Position numbers and translations under genes: made by a program
In this document: in pieces, positions 46,522 through 56,613 of the stretch
Layout of the letters: each line of letters starts with the position of its first letter
Numbering within the stretch: the stretch's first letter is position 1
Source of the DNA: Escherichia phage Ec_MI-02
Strand: one strand, 5' to 3'
Sequence record: OP856590.1
DNA: 64,000 bases
Notes under the pieces: generated by a model
Databases searched by the model: none
What the model saw: the letters and a program-made list of their open reading frames with translations, nothing else
What the model was told of the DNA's origin: nothing

Positions 46522-46764
46522 TTAAACAGACTTTTTCACAATTTTCCAATCAGCTTTAAACTGATCGACGTCAGAATGGTAAATCCAGAATCCTGCGCTT
46601 TCTCCATCTTCATAAAGAGGACATCCATCACATTCATCTTCCCATCCCATATCACGCAAAAGACGTTCAGCTTTTTCAATGAGTTCAGAATCTTTACCGA
46701 TGATATTAAAATACCATTTACCTCTAACTTCTGAATCTTTAATGCTCTGACGTTGTAATCTCAT
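46522..46764 (-). CDS. frd.2: Hypothetical protein (frd.2 position)
   Basis: 80-aa ORF, strong SD AAGGAG, GTTTAC promoter upstream. Confidence 0.55.
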   Translation of the reverse strand: MRLQRQSIKDSEVRGKWYFNIIGKDSELIEKAERLLRDMGWEDECDGCPLYEDGESAGFWIYHSDVDQFKADWKIVKKSV

Positions 46765-46784
46765 TTTATTCTCCTTAGTTGATA

Positions 46785-46819
46785 GGGTAATAGTATCACA
46801 CTACTACCCTTTTGTAAAC
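46785..46819 (-). promoter_or_regulatory. Early promoter for frd.2 with imperfect inverted repeat around -10
   Basis: On - strand GTTTAC-18 nt-TACTAT; arms GGGTAATAG / CTACTACCC (one mismatch). Confidence 0.45.
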
Positions 46820-47199
46820 TACTTTTTGAAAGTTTTTCGCAAAAGTTCAATGATTTCGTCTACATTATTTTCGTCAACAATGCAGTGAATTTTTGTTACG
46901 CCAGAAACCTTGTCTTCGACTTCATCTTCTTCGGAAGTCGGTTCTTTATACTCACGAAAACAATGAAATTCGTCTTCGCAAATTTCTAAAAGTCTATCTT
47001 TGAGGTAAAAATGCTTTCCGTTAGCGCATTCAATATGTTTTACCGCTTTAAATCCATTAGCAAAGAAAACTTCTTTAACTTCAAACCATCCGCCATTTTC
47101 TCGAATAATTTTAACTATTGACGCGTTGGATCGTGGGCTATAATTAATAAATGTATCAATAAGTCTTGGAACAAGTTCATACTTTTTGCCAATATACAT
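46819..47199 (-). CDS. frd.3: Hypothetical Cys/His-containing protein (frd.3 position)
   Basis: 126-aa ORF, SD GAGGA; hairpin upstream. Confidence 0.55.
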   Translation of the reverse strand: MYIGKKYELVPRLIDTFINYSPRSNASIVKIIRENGGWFEVKEVFFANGFKAVKHIECANGKHFYLKDRLLEICEDEFHCFREYKEPTSEEDEVEDKVSGVTKIHCIVDENNVDEIIELLRKTFKK

Positions 47200-47243
47200 T
47201 ACGTTTTCCTCATTTTAACGGGGCTGTAATAGCCCCTTGATAA

Positions 47244-47474
47244 TTATTGTTCAATCAATCCCATGTAAAATTCTGCGTCTTCAGAATCCATGCCGTCACA
47301 ATACTCATTAGCCATAAAGCGGGTGAGGTCTTCAAGAGGACCTTCAATGACAATAGAAAAATTGCAATAATTGGGATCATCGTGAATACTTGTGATACTA
47401 AGTTCAGGATAACGATTACGAATAATTTCTTCAATATATTCAAAATCAACGATGTCAATATCAACTTTAGCCAT
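47244..47474 (-). CDS. Hypothetical acidic protein downstream of gene 32
   Basis: Table ORF 83 aa; internal ATG 47472-47474 after AAGAGGA gives 76 aa; early promoter and gene 32 terminator upstream. Confidence 0.5.
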   Translation of the reverse strand: MAKVDIDIVDFEYIEEIIRNRYPELSITSIHDDPNYCNFSIVIEGPLEDLTRFMANEYCDGMDSEDAEFYMGLIEQ

Positions 47475-47517
47475 ATTATTTTCCTCTTTAATCATCAGCA
47501 GTATTGCCGATAGTTGT

Positions 47518-47547
47518 ATAGTACCATAAAGCTTTATGCTTGTAAAC
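47518..47547 (-). promoter_or_regulatory. Early promoter downstream of gene 32 terminator
   Basis: On - strand GTTTACA...GGTACTAT with A/T-rich upstream element; near-identical to the motA promoter. Confidence 0.55.
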
Positions 47548-47577
47548 CGTTTTGTGAAAAAATTTTGAAATAAAAAA

Positions 47578-47596
47578 GGGGACCTCTAGGGTCCCC
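47578..47596 (-). terminator. Terminator after gene 32
   Basis: GGGGACC-loop-GGTCCCC then TTTTTATTT on - strand. Confidence 0.7.
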
Positions 47597-47618
47597 AATT
47601 AATTAGTAATATAATCTA

Positions 47619-48527
47619 TTAAAGGTCATTCAAAAGGTCATCCAGGTCCGTGTCATCAGCACTAGATGAACTGCCAGAGCTTGAGCTCATAAAATCATCT
47701 TCAGTTTTTGTATTGAAGTCGTCAACATTGAATGCATCCAAATCATCAGCAACTTTATCAGCTTTCTTAGCGGCAGTCGCTGCGGCACCACCCATAGCAG
47801 CAGTTCCCATAACTTGACTGAATTTAGTGCTCAGTTCTTCAAACGATTTGAATTTATCTTTAGAAGTCATTTCAGAAAGGTCAACCATTTGTTCGAACAG
47901 TTCTTTCTGGAAAGATTCATCATCAATGTTTGGAATCGCAGATTGATTCAGGAATTTAGATTCGTCGTAGTTACTAAAACCAGAAACTTGTTTAACTTTC
48001 AGTACAAAGTTAGCACCTTCCCACGGACAAGTTACATCAACCGGAGTTTCACCCATTTCAACATCAACTGCAATCATTGCATTGATTTTATCCCAGATTT
48101 TCTTACCGAAGCGGTATTTAAATACTTTACCTTCATTTTCTGGAGCAGCCGGGTCTTTTACTACAAGAATGTTAGCCCAGTAAGAAGTTTTACGTTTAAC
48201 AAGACCGTACTCTTTATTGTCAGTGTTATACAAATCATTTTTACTGATGTACTGACATACTGGACAAGAATCGTAATCACCGTGGGTAGATGAACAGTTT
48301 TCAATATACCATTTACCATTTTTCTTGAAACCGTGATTTACAAGAATTGCAAATGGTGCTTGTTCATCATTTTTAGACGGAAGAAAACGAATTACTGCTT
48401 GACCGTTACCCGCATTATCGAGTTTCAGTTTCCACTCGCCTTTATCTTCAGAAGAAAAACCACCTTTATTTCCAGCCAGTTTAGCCATTTGTGCAGCGAG
48501 TTCAGCAGTAGATTTACGTTTAAACAT
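47619..48527 (-). CDS. 32: Single-stranded DNA-binding protein gp32
   Basis: 302-aa ORF; acidic Ser/Asp-rich C-terminal tail; characteristic leader pseudoknot upstream. Confidence 0.9.
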   Translation of the reverse strand: MFKRKSTAELAAQMAKLAGNKGGFSSEDKGEWKLKLDNAGNGQAVIRFLPSKNDEQAPFAILVNHGFKKNGKWYIENCSSTHGDYDSCPVCQYISKNDLYNTDNKEYGLVKRKTSYWANILVVKDPAAPENEGKVFKYRFGKKIWDKINAMIAVDVEMGETPVDVTCPWEGANFVLKVKQVSGFSNYDESKFLNQSAIPNIDDESFQKELFEQMVDLSEMTSKDKFKSFEELSTKFSQVMGTAAMGGAAATAAKKADKVADDLDAFNVDDFNTKTEDDFMSSSSGSSSSADDTDLDDLLNDL

Positions 48528-48561
48528 TTTTATTTCCTTTTTAATTTAATTAACAGTTGGT

Positions 48562-48593
48562 GCTATGACGATGTATGACCTCATAGCTGGTCA
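48562..48593 (-). promoter_or_regulatory. Gene 32 mRNA leader pseudoknot (translational autoregulation operator)
   Basis: On - strand TGACC-A-GCTATGA-GGTCA-TACATCG-TCATAGC forms interleaved H-type stems, then AU-rich tract to ATG. Confidence 0.7.
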
Positions 48594-48601
48594 GTGAGAT
48601 A

Positions 48602-48629
48602 ATTATAATCTATTTATAATAAGCAATTA
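48602..48629 (-). promoter_or_regulatory. Gene 32 stacked middle (MotA box) and late (TATAAATA) promoters
   Basis: On - strand ATTGCTTAT, then TATAAATA, then TATAAT. Confidence 0.55.
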
Positions 48630-49280
48630 ATACTTGCAAGATTTCACAGTTTCAATGAAAACACTTTTAGCTTTCTGCGAATCAATATTTAAAATTTTTC
48701 TATAAGCCTTTAACTTTATAGAATAATTATTCCAGACTAAATTATCAGTCTGTTCATCATGTTTATCAATTATATTTAAAAACGAATCAAGCAAGATAAA
48801 CGTCTCAAACGAAATTATATTCGATTGAAGTAGTTTAAAAATATAACTTGATTGAACTTTTGGATTATACTCAAAGATTTCTTTAAAAGCAGAAACTTCA
48901 ACTTTTTTACTAAAATAATAAATGTTGCGAATATCTTCTTCAAACTTAAATTTAATTTGCTTTAAGCGTCCGATATATTCACGATAAAACACAAGTGCAT
49001 CAGCGTCAGAGATGTCACCAATCCAAGCATCTTGGTTAGCAACCAGATTGCTTATAAAGATTAAAGCAAGTTCCTTTAATTTATATTTTTCTGATAACTT
49101 CTGGAAAAAATACTTATCCCTTCGCTTTTGATAAGCGGCATCAGACACCCGCATGCACCAATTATACTTAATTACATCATACTTTCCATTCATATGCTGT
49201 TTTATCATTAAGTATAATTTATAAACTGATTTACCATCAATATATCTTTCACCACCAGCAGGCATGCGGAGTTTAATCAT
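48627..49280 (-). CDS. 59: gp59 helicase loader
   Basis: 217-aa ORF (T4 gp59 length); synteny. Confidence 0.85.
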   Translation of the reverse strand: MIKLRMPAGGERYIDGKSVYKLYLMIKQHMNGKYDVIKYNWCMRVSDAAYQKRRDKYFFQKLSEKYKLKELALIFISNLVANQDAWIGDISDADALVFYREYIGRLKQIKFKFEEDIRNIYYFSKKVEVSAFKEIFEYNPKVQSSYIFKLLQSNIISFETFILLDSFLNIIDKHDEQTDNLVWNNYSIKLKAYRKILNIDSQKAKSVFIETVKSCKY

Positions 49281-49615
49281 AGTAGAAAATCTAATGTATT
49301 AGTTTTTTCACAACGAACAACAGAAGGACGTAAAAGATTTTCGTCAATAGCTTCTGACTGAATTTTTTCAATTATACCCGAAGGAATAAATTTAGCAAAT
49401 TGAGTTTCAGGAATAGAATTTTCTTCTAAGAATGCTGTTGTAGCTTCAAGATAACTCATTCCAAACTCTTCTACCATTTTTTCAATAATAAATCCATTTT
49501 CTTGACGATCAAGAAGCTTTGCAATTTCATCCTTTTCTTTCTTAATTGAAAGTTCTTTTTCTGAAAGACCGGTCTCATCGACCGGACGAATATCATTTAG
49601 AGAAAACTGTGTCAT
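49277..49615 (-). CDS. 33: gp33 late transcription co-activator
   Basis: Table ORF starts TTG; ATG 49613-49615 gives 112 aa starting MTQFSLNDIRPVDETG. Confidence 0.8.
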   Translation of the reverse strand: MTQFSLNDIRPVDETGLSEKELSIKKEKDEIAKLLDRQENGFIIEKMVEEFGMSYLEATTAFLEENSIPETQFAKFIPSGIIEKIQSEAIDENLLRPSVVRCEKTNTLDFLL

Positions 49616-49862
49616 AAAGTTCAACTACCTCTTCAGTTTCAGCTTCAAACACATCACGGTTATCTTTATGATACAAAGCTAACAGACGATTAAACATCTT
49701 GCCATCAACGCCAAGTTCATCTTTGGCACGAATTCGAATATCTTTAATCAATTCATTATAACCAGAAATTTTCAGTTTATGATCAGATGCTTCTTTAATA
49801 AATTTAGCCAAATCTTCGCCATGGATAGCTTCATCAAATTCAACCATTTCTTTTTTAGCCAT
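49593..49862 (-). CDS. dsbA: DsbA double-stranded DNA-binding protein
   Basis: 89-aa ORF overlapping start of gene 33 as in T4. Confidence 0.75.
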   Translation of the reverse strand: MAKKEMVEFDEAIHGEDLAKFIKEASDHKLKISGYNELIKDIRIRAKDELGVDGKMFNRLLALYHKDNRDVFEAETEEVVELYDTVFSK

Positions 49863-49870
49863 TATTCACC

Positions 49871-50788
49871 TCAAAATTCATTAATGCTATTAGTTAATTT
49901 AGAAAGACCCGCTTTTACAAAATATGAATAAATTTTGCCACGCGGTGGTAATTTATATGAATTATAGTAATTCACAATGTTTGAAGCAATATTATCAGGA
50001 ATATAATCAAAATCAATTAGAACTAAATTTTCTTTATATCGATTATATTCAGATTCTGTGAGAAGCACCTTAGCTTGCTCACGGTCATTAGCAATAGCTT
50101 CAACAATAGAGGTTTTCATTGAAGGAGTTCGTTCACCTTCAACTCTAGTAAACCAAAAGTCAGATCGTACTTTAACTGAGGCGACGTTATCCTTTTTGTC
50201 ACCTTTAAGGATTTTAGTCATACAGTCAATTTCAGCAGAACCGCTTTTAATTTTAACCCATTTCTTGTGCATCGGTGACCACTGCTTAACATTTGGATAT
50301 TTATGAAGTTGAGTAAAGTCACCATCCGATGAAATGATTAAAATCTTGTGTCCTTCTAAAGAGAACTTTTTAACAAGAACAGCAATATGGTCATCTGCTT
50401 CATACTTATCAATATCCATAACGATGTATGGCATATAAGCTTTCAGTTCATCTATAACTTTATGACTGGATTCAAAATAACCTTCCCAATCCCAAGTAGA
50501 TTCTTCTCGTGCTTTTCCACGGTTTTTCTTATAATAATAAGCAAAATCACGACGCCAGTATCCAGATTTCGCGTTATCAATACACAGTACAATTTTAGTG
50601 TATCCAAGAGTTTTTGCTTTTTTGACATTAAACTTAATTGAGTTCAATATCAAATGACGAACCATTGATAAATTAATTTTTTCTTTATCTGGAAAGTTTA
50701 CCAAAGCAGTTGAAAGCGCAATCTGACTAAAGTCAATTAAGCAGATTCCTTCTTTGTAATCTTCATCCAGCATCATTTCTAAATCCAT
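49871..50788 (-). CDS. rnh: RNase H (5'-3' exonuclease/flap endonuclease)
   Basis: Table ORF starts TTG; ATG 50786-50788 after GAGGT gives 305 aa starting MDLEMMLDEDYKEG. Confidence 0.85.
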   Translation of the reverse strand: MDLEMMLDEDYKEGICLIDFSQIALSTALVNFPDKEKINLSMVRHLILNSIKFNVKKAKTLGYTKIVLCIDNAKSGYWRRDFAYYYKKNRGKAREESTWDWEGYFESSHKVIDELKAYMPYIVMDIDKYEADDHIAVLVKKFSLEGHKILIISSDGDFTQLHKYPNVKQWSPMHKKWVKIKSGSAEIDCMTKILKGDKKDNVASVKVRSDFWFTRVEGERTPSMKTSIVEAIANDREQAKVLLTESEYNRYKENLVLIDFDYIPDNIASNIVNYYNSYKLPPRGKIYSYFVKAGLSKLTNSINEF

Positions 50789-50850
50789 ATGAACCTCGTT
50801 CAATTAGTGAGATTTCTATTATATACCATCTGAATCTTAAAGTAAACAAG

Positions 50851-50858
50851 TATAAATA
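50851..50858 (+). promoter_or_regulatory. Late promoter TATAAATA upstream of gene 34
   Basis: Exact motif 34 nt before ATG 50893. Confidence 0.6.
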
Positions 50859-50892
50859 CTTATTATTGAAAACACAATAGGAGCCCGGGAGA

Positions 50893-53800
50893 ATGGCCGA
50901 GATTAAAAGAAAGTTCAGAGCAGAAGATGGTCTGGACGCAGGTGGCGATAAAATAATCAACGTAGCTTTAGCTGATCGTGCCGTAGGAACTGACGGTGTT
51001 AACGTTGATTACCTAATTCAAGAAAACACAGTTCAACAATACGATCCAACTCGTGGATATTTAAAAGATTTTGTAATCATTTATGATAACCGTTTTTGGG
51101 CTGCTATAAATGATATTCCAAAACCAGCGGGAGCTTTTAATAGCGTACGCTGGAGAGCATTACGTACTGATACTAATTGGACAACTGTTTCATCAGGACC
51201 TTATCAATTAAAGTCAGGTGAATCAATTTCAGTTAATACTGCAGCAGGAAATGATATCACATTTACTTTGCCAACTTCTCCAATTGATGGAGATACTATC
51301 GTTCTTCAAGATATTGGTGGAAAACCCGGAGTTAACCAAGTTTTAATTGTAGCTCCAGTGCAAAGTATTGTAAACTTTAGAGGCGAACAAGTACGATCAG
51401 TACTAATGACCCATCCAAAATCACAGATAGTTTTAATTTTTAGTAATCGTCTGTGGCAAATGTATGTGGCTGATTATAGCAGAGAAGCGGTAGTTGTGAC
51501 GCCAGCAAGTCTCTACCAGGCGCAGTCAAACGATTTTATCGTGCGCAGATTTACTTCTGCTGCACCGATAAATATTAAACTTCCGAGATTTGCTAATCAT
51601 GGCGATATTATTAATTTCGTTGATTTAGATAAATTAAATCCTCTTTATCATACAATTGTTACTACATATGATGAAACTACATCAGTACAAGAAGATGGAA
51701 CTCATTCGATTGAAGGACGTACATCGATTGACGGTTTCTTGATGTATGATGATAATGAGAAATTATGGAGATTATTTGACGGGGATAGTAAAGCACGTTT
51801 ACGTGTTATAACAACTAATTCTAATATTCGTCCAAACGAAGAAGTTATGGTATTTGGTGCGAATAATGGAACAACTCAAACAATTGAACTTCAGCTTCCG
51901 ACCGATATTTCCATTGGCGATACTGTTAAAATTTCCATGAATTACATGAGAAAAGGCCAAACAGTTAAAATCAAAGCTGCCGGTGAAGATAAAATTGCTT
52001 CTTCAGTTCAATTGCTGCAATTCCCAAAACGTTCAGAATATCCACCTGAAGCTGAATGGGTGACTGTTCAAGAATTAGTTTTTAACGGTGAAACTAATTA
52101 TGTTCCAGTTTTACAACTTGCTTATATCGAAGATTCTGACGGAAAATACTGGGTTGTACAGCAAAACGTTCCAACTGTAGAAAGAGTTGATTCTTTAAAT
52201 GATTCTACTAGAGCAAGATTAGGTGTGATTGCTTTAGCTACACAAGCTCAAGCTAACGTCGATTTAGAAAATTCTCCACAAAAAGAATTAGCAATTACTC
52301 CAGAAACATTAGCTAACCGTACTGCTACAGAAACTCGTAGAGGTATCGCAAGAATAGCAACCACTGCTCAAGTGAACCAGGACACTACATTCTCTTTTGC
52401 TGATGATATTATCATCACTCCTAAAAAGCTGAATGAAAGAACTGCTACAGAAACTCGTAGAGGTGTTGCTGAAATTGCTACACAGCAAGAAACTAACGCA
52501 GGTACTGATGATACTACAATCATCACTCCTAAAAAGCTTCAAGCTCGACAAGGTTCTGAATCATTATCTGGTATTGTAACCTTTGTATCTACCGCAGGAG
52601 CTACTCCAGCTTCTAGTCGTGAATTAAATGGTACAAATGTTTATAATAAAAACACTAATAATTTAGTTGTTTCGCCTAAAGCACTGGATCAATATAAAGC
52701 TACTCCAACGCAACAAGGTGCAGTAATTTTAGCAGTTGAAAGTGAAGTAATTGCTGGACAAAGCCAAGAAGGATGGGCAAATGCGGTTGTAACTCCAGAA
52801 ACGTTACATAAAAAGACATCAACTGATGGAAGAATTGGTTTAATTGAAATTGCTACGCAAAGTGAAGTTAATACAGGAACTGATTATACTCGCGCAGTCA
52901 CTCCTAAAACTTTAAATGACCGTAAAGCAACTGAAAGTTTAAGTGGTATAGCTGAAATTGCTACGCAAGTTGAATTCGACGCAGGCGTCGACGATACTCG
53001 TATCTCTACACCATTAAAAATTAAAACCAGATTTAATAGTACTGATCGTACTTCTGTTGTTGCTCTATCTGGATTAGTTGAATCAGGAACTCTCTGGGAC
53101 CATTATACCCTTAATATTCTTGAAGCAAATGAGACACAGCGTGGTACACTTCGTGTGGCTACACAAGTTGAAGCTGCTGCAGGAACATTAGATAATGTTC
53201 TAATAACTCCTAAAAAGCTTTTAGGTACTAAATCTACTGAAGCGCAAGAAGGCGTTATTAAAGTTGCAACTCAATCTGAAACTGTAGCTGGAACGTCAGC
53301 AAATACTGCTGTATCTCCAAAAAATTTAAAATGGATTGTGCAGAGCGAACCTACTTGGGCAGCAACTACTTTGGTAAGAGGTTTTGTTAAAACTTCATCT
53401 GGTTCAATTACATTCGTTGGTAATGATACAGTTGGTTCAACGCAGTCATTAGACTTGTACGAGAAAAATAGCTATGCAGTATCGCCATATGAATTAAACC
53501 GTGTATTAGCAAATTATTTGCCGTTAAAGGCAAAAGCTGCTGACACGAATTTATTGGATGGTCTAGATTCATCCCAGTTCATTCGTAGGGATATTGCGCA
53601 GACGGTTAATGGTTCACTAACCTTAACTCAACAAACGAATCTGAGTGCCCCTCTTGTATCATCTAGTACTGCTACGTTTGGTGGATCAGTTTCAGCAAAT
53701 AGTACACTAACTATTTCTAATACTGGAACAGAAACTCATTTGATTTTTGAGAAAGGACCTCAAACTGGAACTAACCCTGCACAGACGATGACTGTTAGAG

Positions 53801-54762
53801 TGTGGGGGAATCAATTTAGTGGGGAATCAAACACAACACGTTCTACCGTATTTGAAGTTAGTGATGAAACATCTTATCACTTTTATTCTCAACGCGATAA
53901 AGATGGTAATATAGCATTTAGCATTAATGGTACTGTAATGCCAATAAATGTGAATGCTTTAGGTTCTTTGAACGCGAACGGCGTTGCAACATTCGGTAGT
54001 TCAGTTACTGCTAATGGCGAATTTATCAGTAAATCGTCGAATGCTTTTAGAGCAATAAACGGTGATTATGGATTCTTTATTCGTAATGATGCTGCTAACA
54101 CCTATTTTATGCTTACTGCATCTGGTGATCAGACTGGTGGATTTAATGGATTACGTCCATTATCAATTAATAATCAATCTGGTCAGGTTACAATTGGTGA
54201 AAGCTTAATCATTGCCAAAGGTGCTACTATAACTTCAGGTGGTTTAACTGTCAACTCGAGAATTCGTTCTCAGGGTACTAAAACCTCTGATTTATATACT
54301 CGTGCGCCAACATCTGATACTGTAGGATTCTGGTCAATCGATATTAATGATTCAGCCACTTATAACCAGTTCCCGGGTTATTTTAAAATGGTTGAAAAAA
54401 CTAATGAAGTGACTGGGCTTCCATACTTAGAACGTGGCGAAGAGGTTAAATCTCCTGGTACATTGACTCAGTTTGGTAACACACTCGATTCACTTTACCA
54501 AGATTGGATTACTTATCCAACGACTCCAGAAGCACGTACCACTCGCTGGACGCGTACATGGCAGAAAACCAAAAACTCTTGGTCAAGTTTTGTTCAGGTA
54601 TTTGATGGAGGTAACCCTCCTCAGCCGTCTGATATCGGTGCTTTACCATCTGATAATGCTACAATGGGGAATCTTACTATTCGTGATTTCTTACGAATTG
54701 GTAATGTTCGCATTATTCCTGACCCAGTGAATAAAACGGTTAAATTTGAATGGGTTGAATAA
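50893..54762 (+). CDS. 34: Long tail fibre proximal subunit gp34
   Basis: 1289-aa ORF (T4 gp34 length); TATAAATA 50851-50858; internal repeated TATETRRG segments. Confidence 0.9.
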   Translation: MAEIKRKFRAEDGLDAGGDKIINVALADRAVGTDGVNVDYLIQENTVQQYDPTRGYLKDFVIIYDNRFWAAINDIPKPAGAFNSVRWRALRTDTNWTTVSSGPYQLKSGESISVNTAAGNDITFTLPTSPIDGDTIVLQDIGGKPGVNQVLIVAPVQSIVNFRGEQVRSVLMTHPKSQIVLIFSNRLWQMYVADYSREAVVVTPASLYQAQSNDFIVRRFTSAAPINIKLPRFANHGDIINFVDLDKLNPLYHTIVTTYDETTSVQEDGTHSIEGRTSIDGFLMYDDNEKLWRLFDGDSKARLRVITTNSNIRPNEEVMVFGANNGTTQTIELQLPTDISIGDTVKISMNYMRKGQTVKIKAAGEDKIASSVQLLQFPKRSEYPPEAEWVTVQELVFNGETNYVPVLQLAYIEDSDGKYWVVQQNVPTVERVDSLNDSTRARLGVIALATQAQANVDLENSPQKELAITPETLANRTATETRRGIARIATTAQVNQDTTFSFADDIIITPKKLNERTATETRRGVAEIATQQETNAGTDDTTIITPKKLQARQGSESLSGIVTFVSTAGATPASSRELNGTNVYNKNTNNLVVSPKALDQYKATPTQQGAVILAVESEVIAGQSQEGWANAVVTPETLHKKTSTDGRIGLIEIATQSEVNTGTDYTRAVTPKTLNDRKATESLSGIAEIATQVEFDAGVDDTRISTPLKIKTRFNSTDRTSVVALSGLVESGTLWDHYTLNILEANETQRGTLRVATQVEAAAGTLDNVLITPKKLLGTKSTEAQEGVIKVATQSETVAGTSANTAVSPKNLKWIVQSEPTWAATTLVRGFVKTSSGSITFVGNDTVGSTQSLDLYEKNSYAVSPYELNRVLANYLPLKAKAADTNLLDGLDSSQFIRRDIAQTVNGSLTLTQQTNLSAPLVSSSTATFGGSVSANSTLTISNTGTETHLIFEKGPQTGTNPAQTMTVRVWGNQFSGESNTTRSTVFEVSDETSYHFYSQRDKDGNIAFSINGTVMPINVNALGSLNANGVATFGSSVTANGEFISKSSNAFRAINGDYGFFIRNDAANTYFMLTASGDQTGGFNGLRPLSINNQSGQVTIGESLIIAKGATITSGGLTVNSRIRSQGTKTSDLYTRAPTSDTVGFWSIDINDSATYNQFPGYFKMVEKTNEVTGLPYLERGEEVKSPGTLTQFGNTLDSLYQDWITYPTTPEARTTRWTRTWQKTKNSWSSFVQVFDGGNPPQPSDIGALPSDNATMGNLTIRDFLRIGNVRIIPDPVNKTVKFEWVE
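52321..52560 (+). repeat. Tandem ~120-bp diverged repeat inside gene 34
   Basis: Exact 24-mer actgctacagaaactcgtagaggt at 52321 and 52441; atcatcactcctaaaaagct at 52411 and 52519. Confidence 0.8.
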
Positions 54763-54770
54763 GAGGTATT

Positions 54771-55886
54771 ATGGAAAAATTTATGGCAGAGTTTGGACAA
54801 GGATATGTCCAAACGCCATTTTTATCGGAAAGTAATTCAGTAAGATATAAAATAAGTATAGCGGGTTCTTGCCCGCTTTCTACAGCAGGACCATATGTTA
54901 AATTTCAGGATAATCTTGTCGGAAGTCAAACATTTAGCGCAGGTCTTCATTTAAGAGTTTTTGACCCTTCCACTGGAGCATTAGTTGATAGTAAGTCATA
55001 TGCTTTTTCGACTTCAAATGATACTACATCAGCTGCTTTTGTTAGTTTCATGAATTCTTTTTCAAACAATAGACTTGTTGCTATATTAACTAGCGGAAAG
55101 GTTAATTTTCCTCCTGAAGTAGTATCTTGGTTAAGAGCAGCAGGAACGTCTGCTTTTCCATCTGATTCTTTATTGTCAAGATTTGACGTATCATATGCTG
55201 CTTTTTACACTTCTTCTAAAAGAGCTATTGCATTGGAGCATGTTAAACTAAGTAATAGAAAAAGCACAGATGACTATCAAACTATTTTAGATGTTGTATT
55301 TGACAGTTTAGAAGACGTTGGAGCTACAGGATTTCCTAAAAGAACATATGAAAGCGTTGAGCAATTTATGTCAGCAGTCGGTGGAACTAATAACGAAATT
55401 GCACGTTTACCAACTTCATCCGCGATAAGTAAACTCTCTGATTATAATTTAATTCCTGGCGATGTTCTTTATCTTAAAGCGCAGTTATACGCTGATGCAG
55501 ATTTACTTGCGCTTGGAACTACAAATATATCAATCCGTTTTTATGATGAATCGAATGGATATATTTCTTCAACACATGCTGAGTTTACTGGACAAGCCGG
55601 GTCATGGGAATTAAAGGAAGATTATGTAGTTATTCCAGAAAATGCAGTAGGATTTACGATATATGCACAAAGAACTGCACAAGCAGGTCAAGGTGGCATG
55701 AGAAATTTAAGCTTTTCTGAAGTATCAAGAAATGGCGGAATTTCAAAACCTGCTGAATTTGGCGTCAACGGTATTCGAGTTAATTATGTCTGCGAATCTG
55801 CTTCACCTCCGGATATAATGGTACTTCCTACGCAAGCATCGTCTAAAACTGGTAAAGTGTTTGGGCAAGAATTTAGAGAAGTTTAA
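54771..55886 (+). CDS. 35: Long tail fibre hinge protein gp35
   Basis: 371-aa ORF immediately after 34. Confidence 0.8.
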   Translation: MEKFMAEFGQGYVQTPFLSESNSVRYKISIAGSCPLSTAGPYVKFQDNLVGSQTFSAGLHLRVFDPSTGALVDSKSYAFSTSNDTTSAAFVSFMNSFSNNRLVAILTSGKVNFPPEVVSWLRAAGTSAFPSDSLLSRFDVSYAAFYTSSKRAIALEHVKLSNRKSTDDYQTILDVVFDSLEDVGATGFPKRTYESVEQFMSAVGGTNNEIARLPTSSAISKLSDYNLIPGDVLYLKAQLYADADLLALGTTNISIRFYDESNGYISSTHAEFTGQAGSWELKEDYVVIPENAVGFTIYAQRTAQAGQGGMRNLSFSEVSRNGGISKPAEFGVNGIRVNYVCESASPPDIMVLPTQASSKTGKVFGQEFREV

Positions 55887-55891
55887 ATTGA

Positions 55892-55914
55892 GGGAGCCTT
55901 CGGGTTCCCTTTTT
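55892..55914 (+). terminator. Terminator after gene 35
   Basis: GGGAGCC-TTCG-GGTTCCC then TTTTT. Confidence 0.7.
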
Positions 55915-55917
55915 CTT

Positions 55918-55925
55918 TATAAATA
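55918..55925 (+). promoter_or_regulatory. Late promoter TATAAATA upstream of gene 36
   Basis: Exact motif after gp35 terminator. Confidence 0.6.
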
Positions 55926-55948
55926 CTATTAAAATAAAGGGGCATACA

Positions 55949-56605
55949 ATGGCTGATTTAAAAGTAGGTTCAACAACTGGAGGCTCTGTCATTTGGCATC
56001 AAGGAAATTTTCCATTGAATCCAGCCGGTGACGATGTACTCTATAAATCATTTAAAATATATTCAGAATATAATAAACCACAAGCTGCTGATAATGATTT
56101 CGTTTCTAAAGCTAATGGTGGCACGTATTTAAATAAAGTAATTTTTAATAAAGGAATGACTGTTCCCGGTGCAGGGTCAGGTGACAATGGTATTTTTGCT
56201 GGTCCTGGTGATAATGCCACGTATGATACTACAAATATGGATATTGTTTCGTGGTATGGTATTGGTTTTAAATCATCACAAGGTTCAGCGGGTAGAACTG
56301 TAGTAATTAACACACGAAATGGAGATATTAGCTCAAAGGGTGTAATTGAAGCATCACAAATACGCGCAACTTCATTATCTCCAGTAAATAATTATGACCT
56401 TACACGGAAAGATTATGTCGATGGAGCAATAAATATTGTTACAGCAAACGCAAACTCTAGGGTATTACGCTCTGGAGATACTATGACAGGTAACTTAACC
56501 GCGCCAAACCTTTTTTCGCAGAATCCTGCATCTCAACCATCACATGTTCCACGATTTGATCAAATTGTTATTAAGGATTCTGTTCAAGATTTCGGCTATT
56601 ATTAA
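55949..56605 (+). CDS. 36: Long tail fibre distal connector gp36
   Basis: 218-aa ORF; late promoter and terminator upstream. Confidence 0.8.
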   Translation: MADLKVGSTTGGSVIWHQGNFPLNPAGDDVLYKSFKIYSEYNKPQAADNDFVSKANGGTYLNKVIFNKGMTVPGAGSGDNGIFAGPGDNATYDTTNMDIVSWYGIGFKSSQGSAGRTVVINTRNGDISSKGVIEASQIRATSLSPVNNYDLTRKDYVDGAINIVTANANSRVLRSGDTMTGNLTAPNLFSQNPASQPSHVPRFDQIVIKDSVQDFGYY

Positions 56606-56613
56606 GAGGACTT

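Noticed and set aside
47814-48578. + strand ORFs of 159 and 81 aa over gene 32 and its leader
   Set aside because: Antisense to gp32 and to the experimentally known gene 32 leader; no start context.
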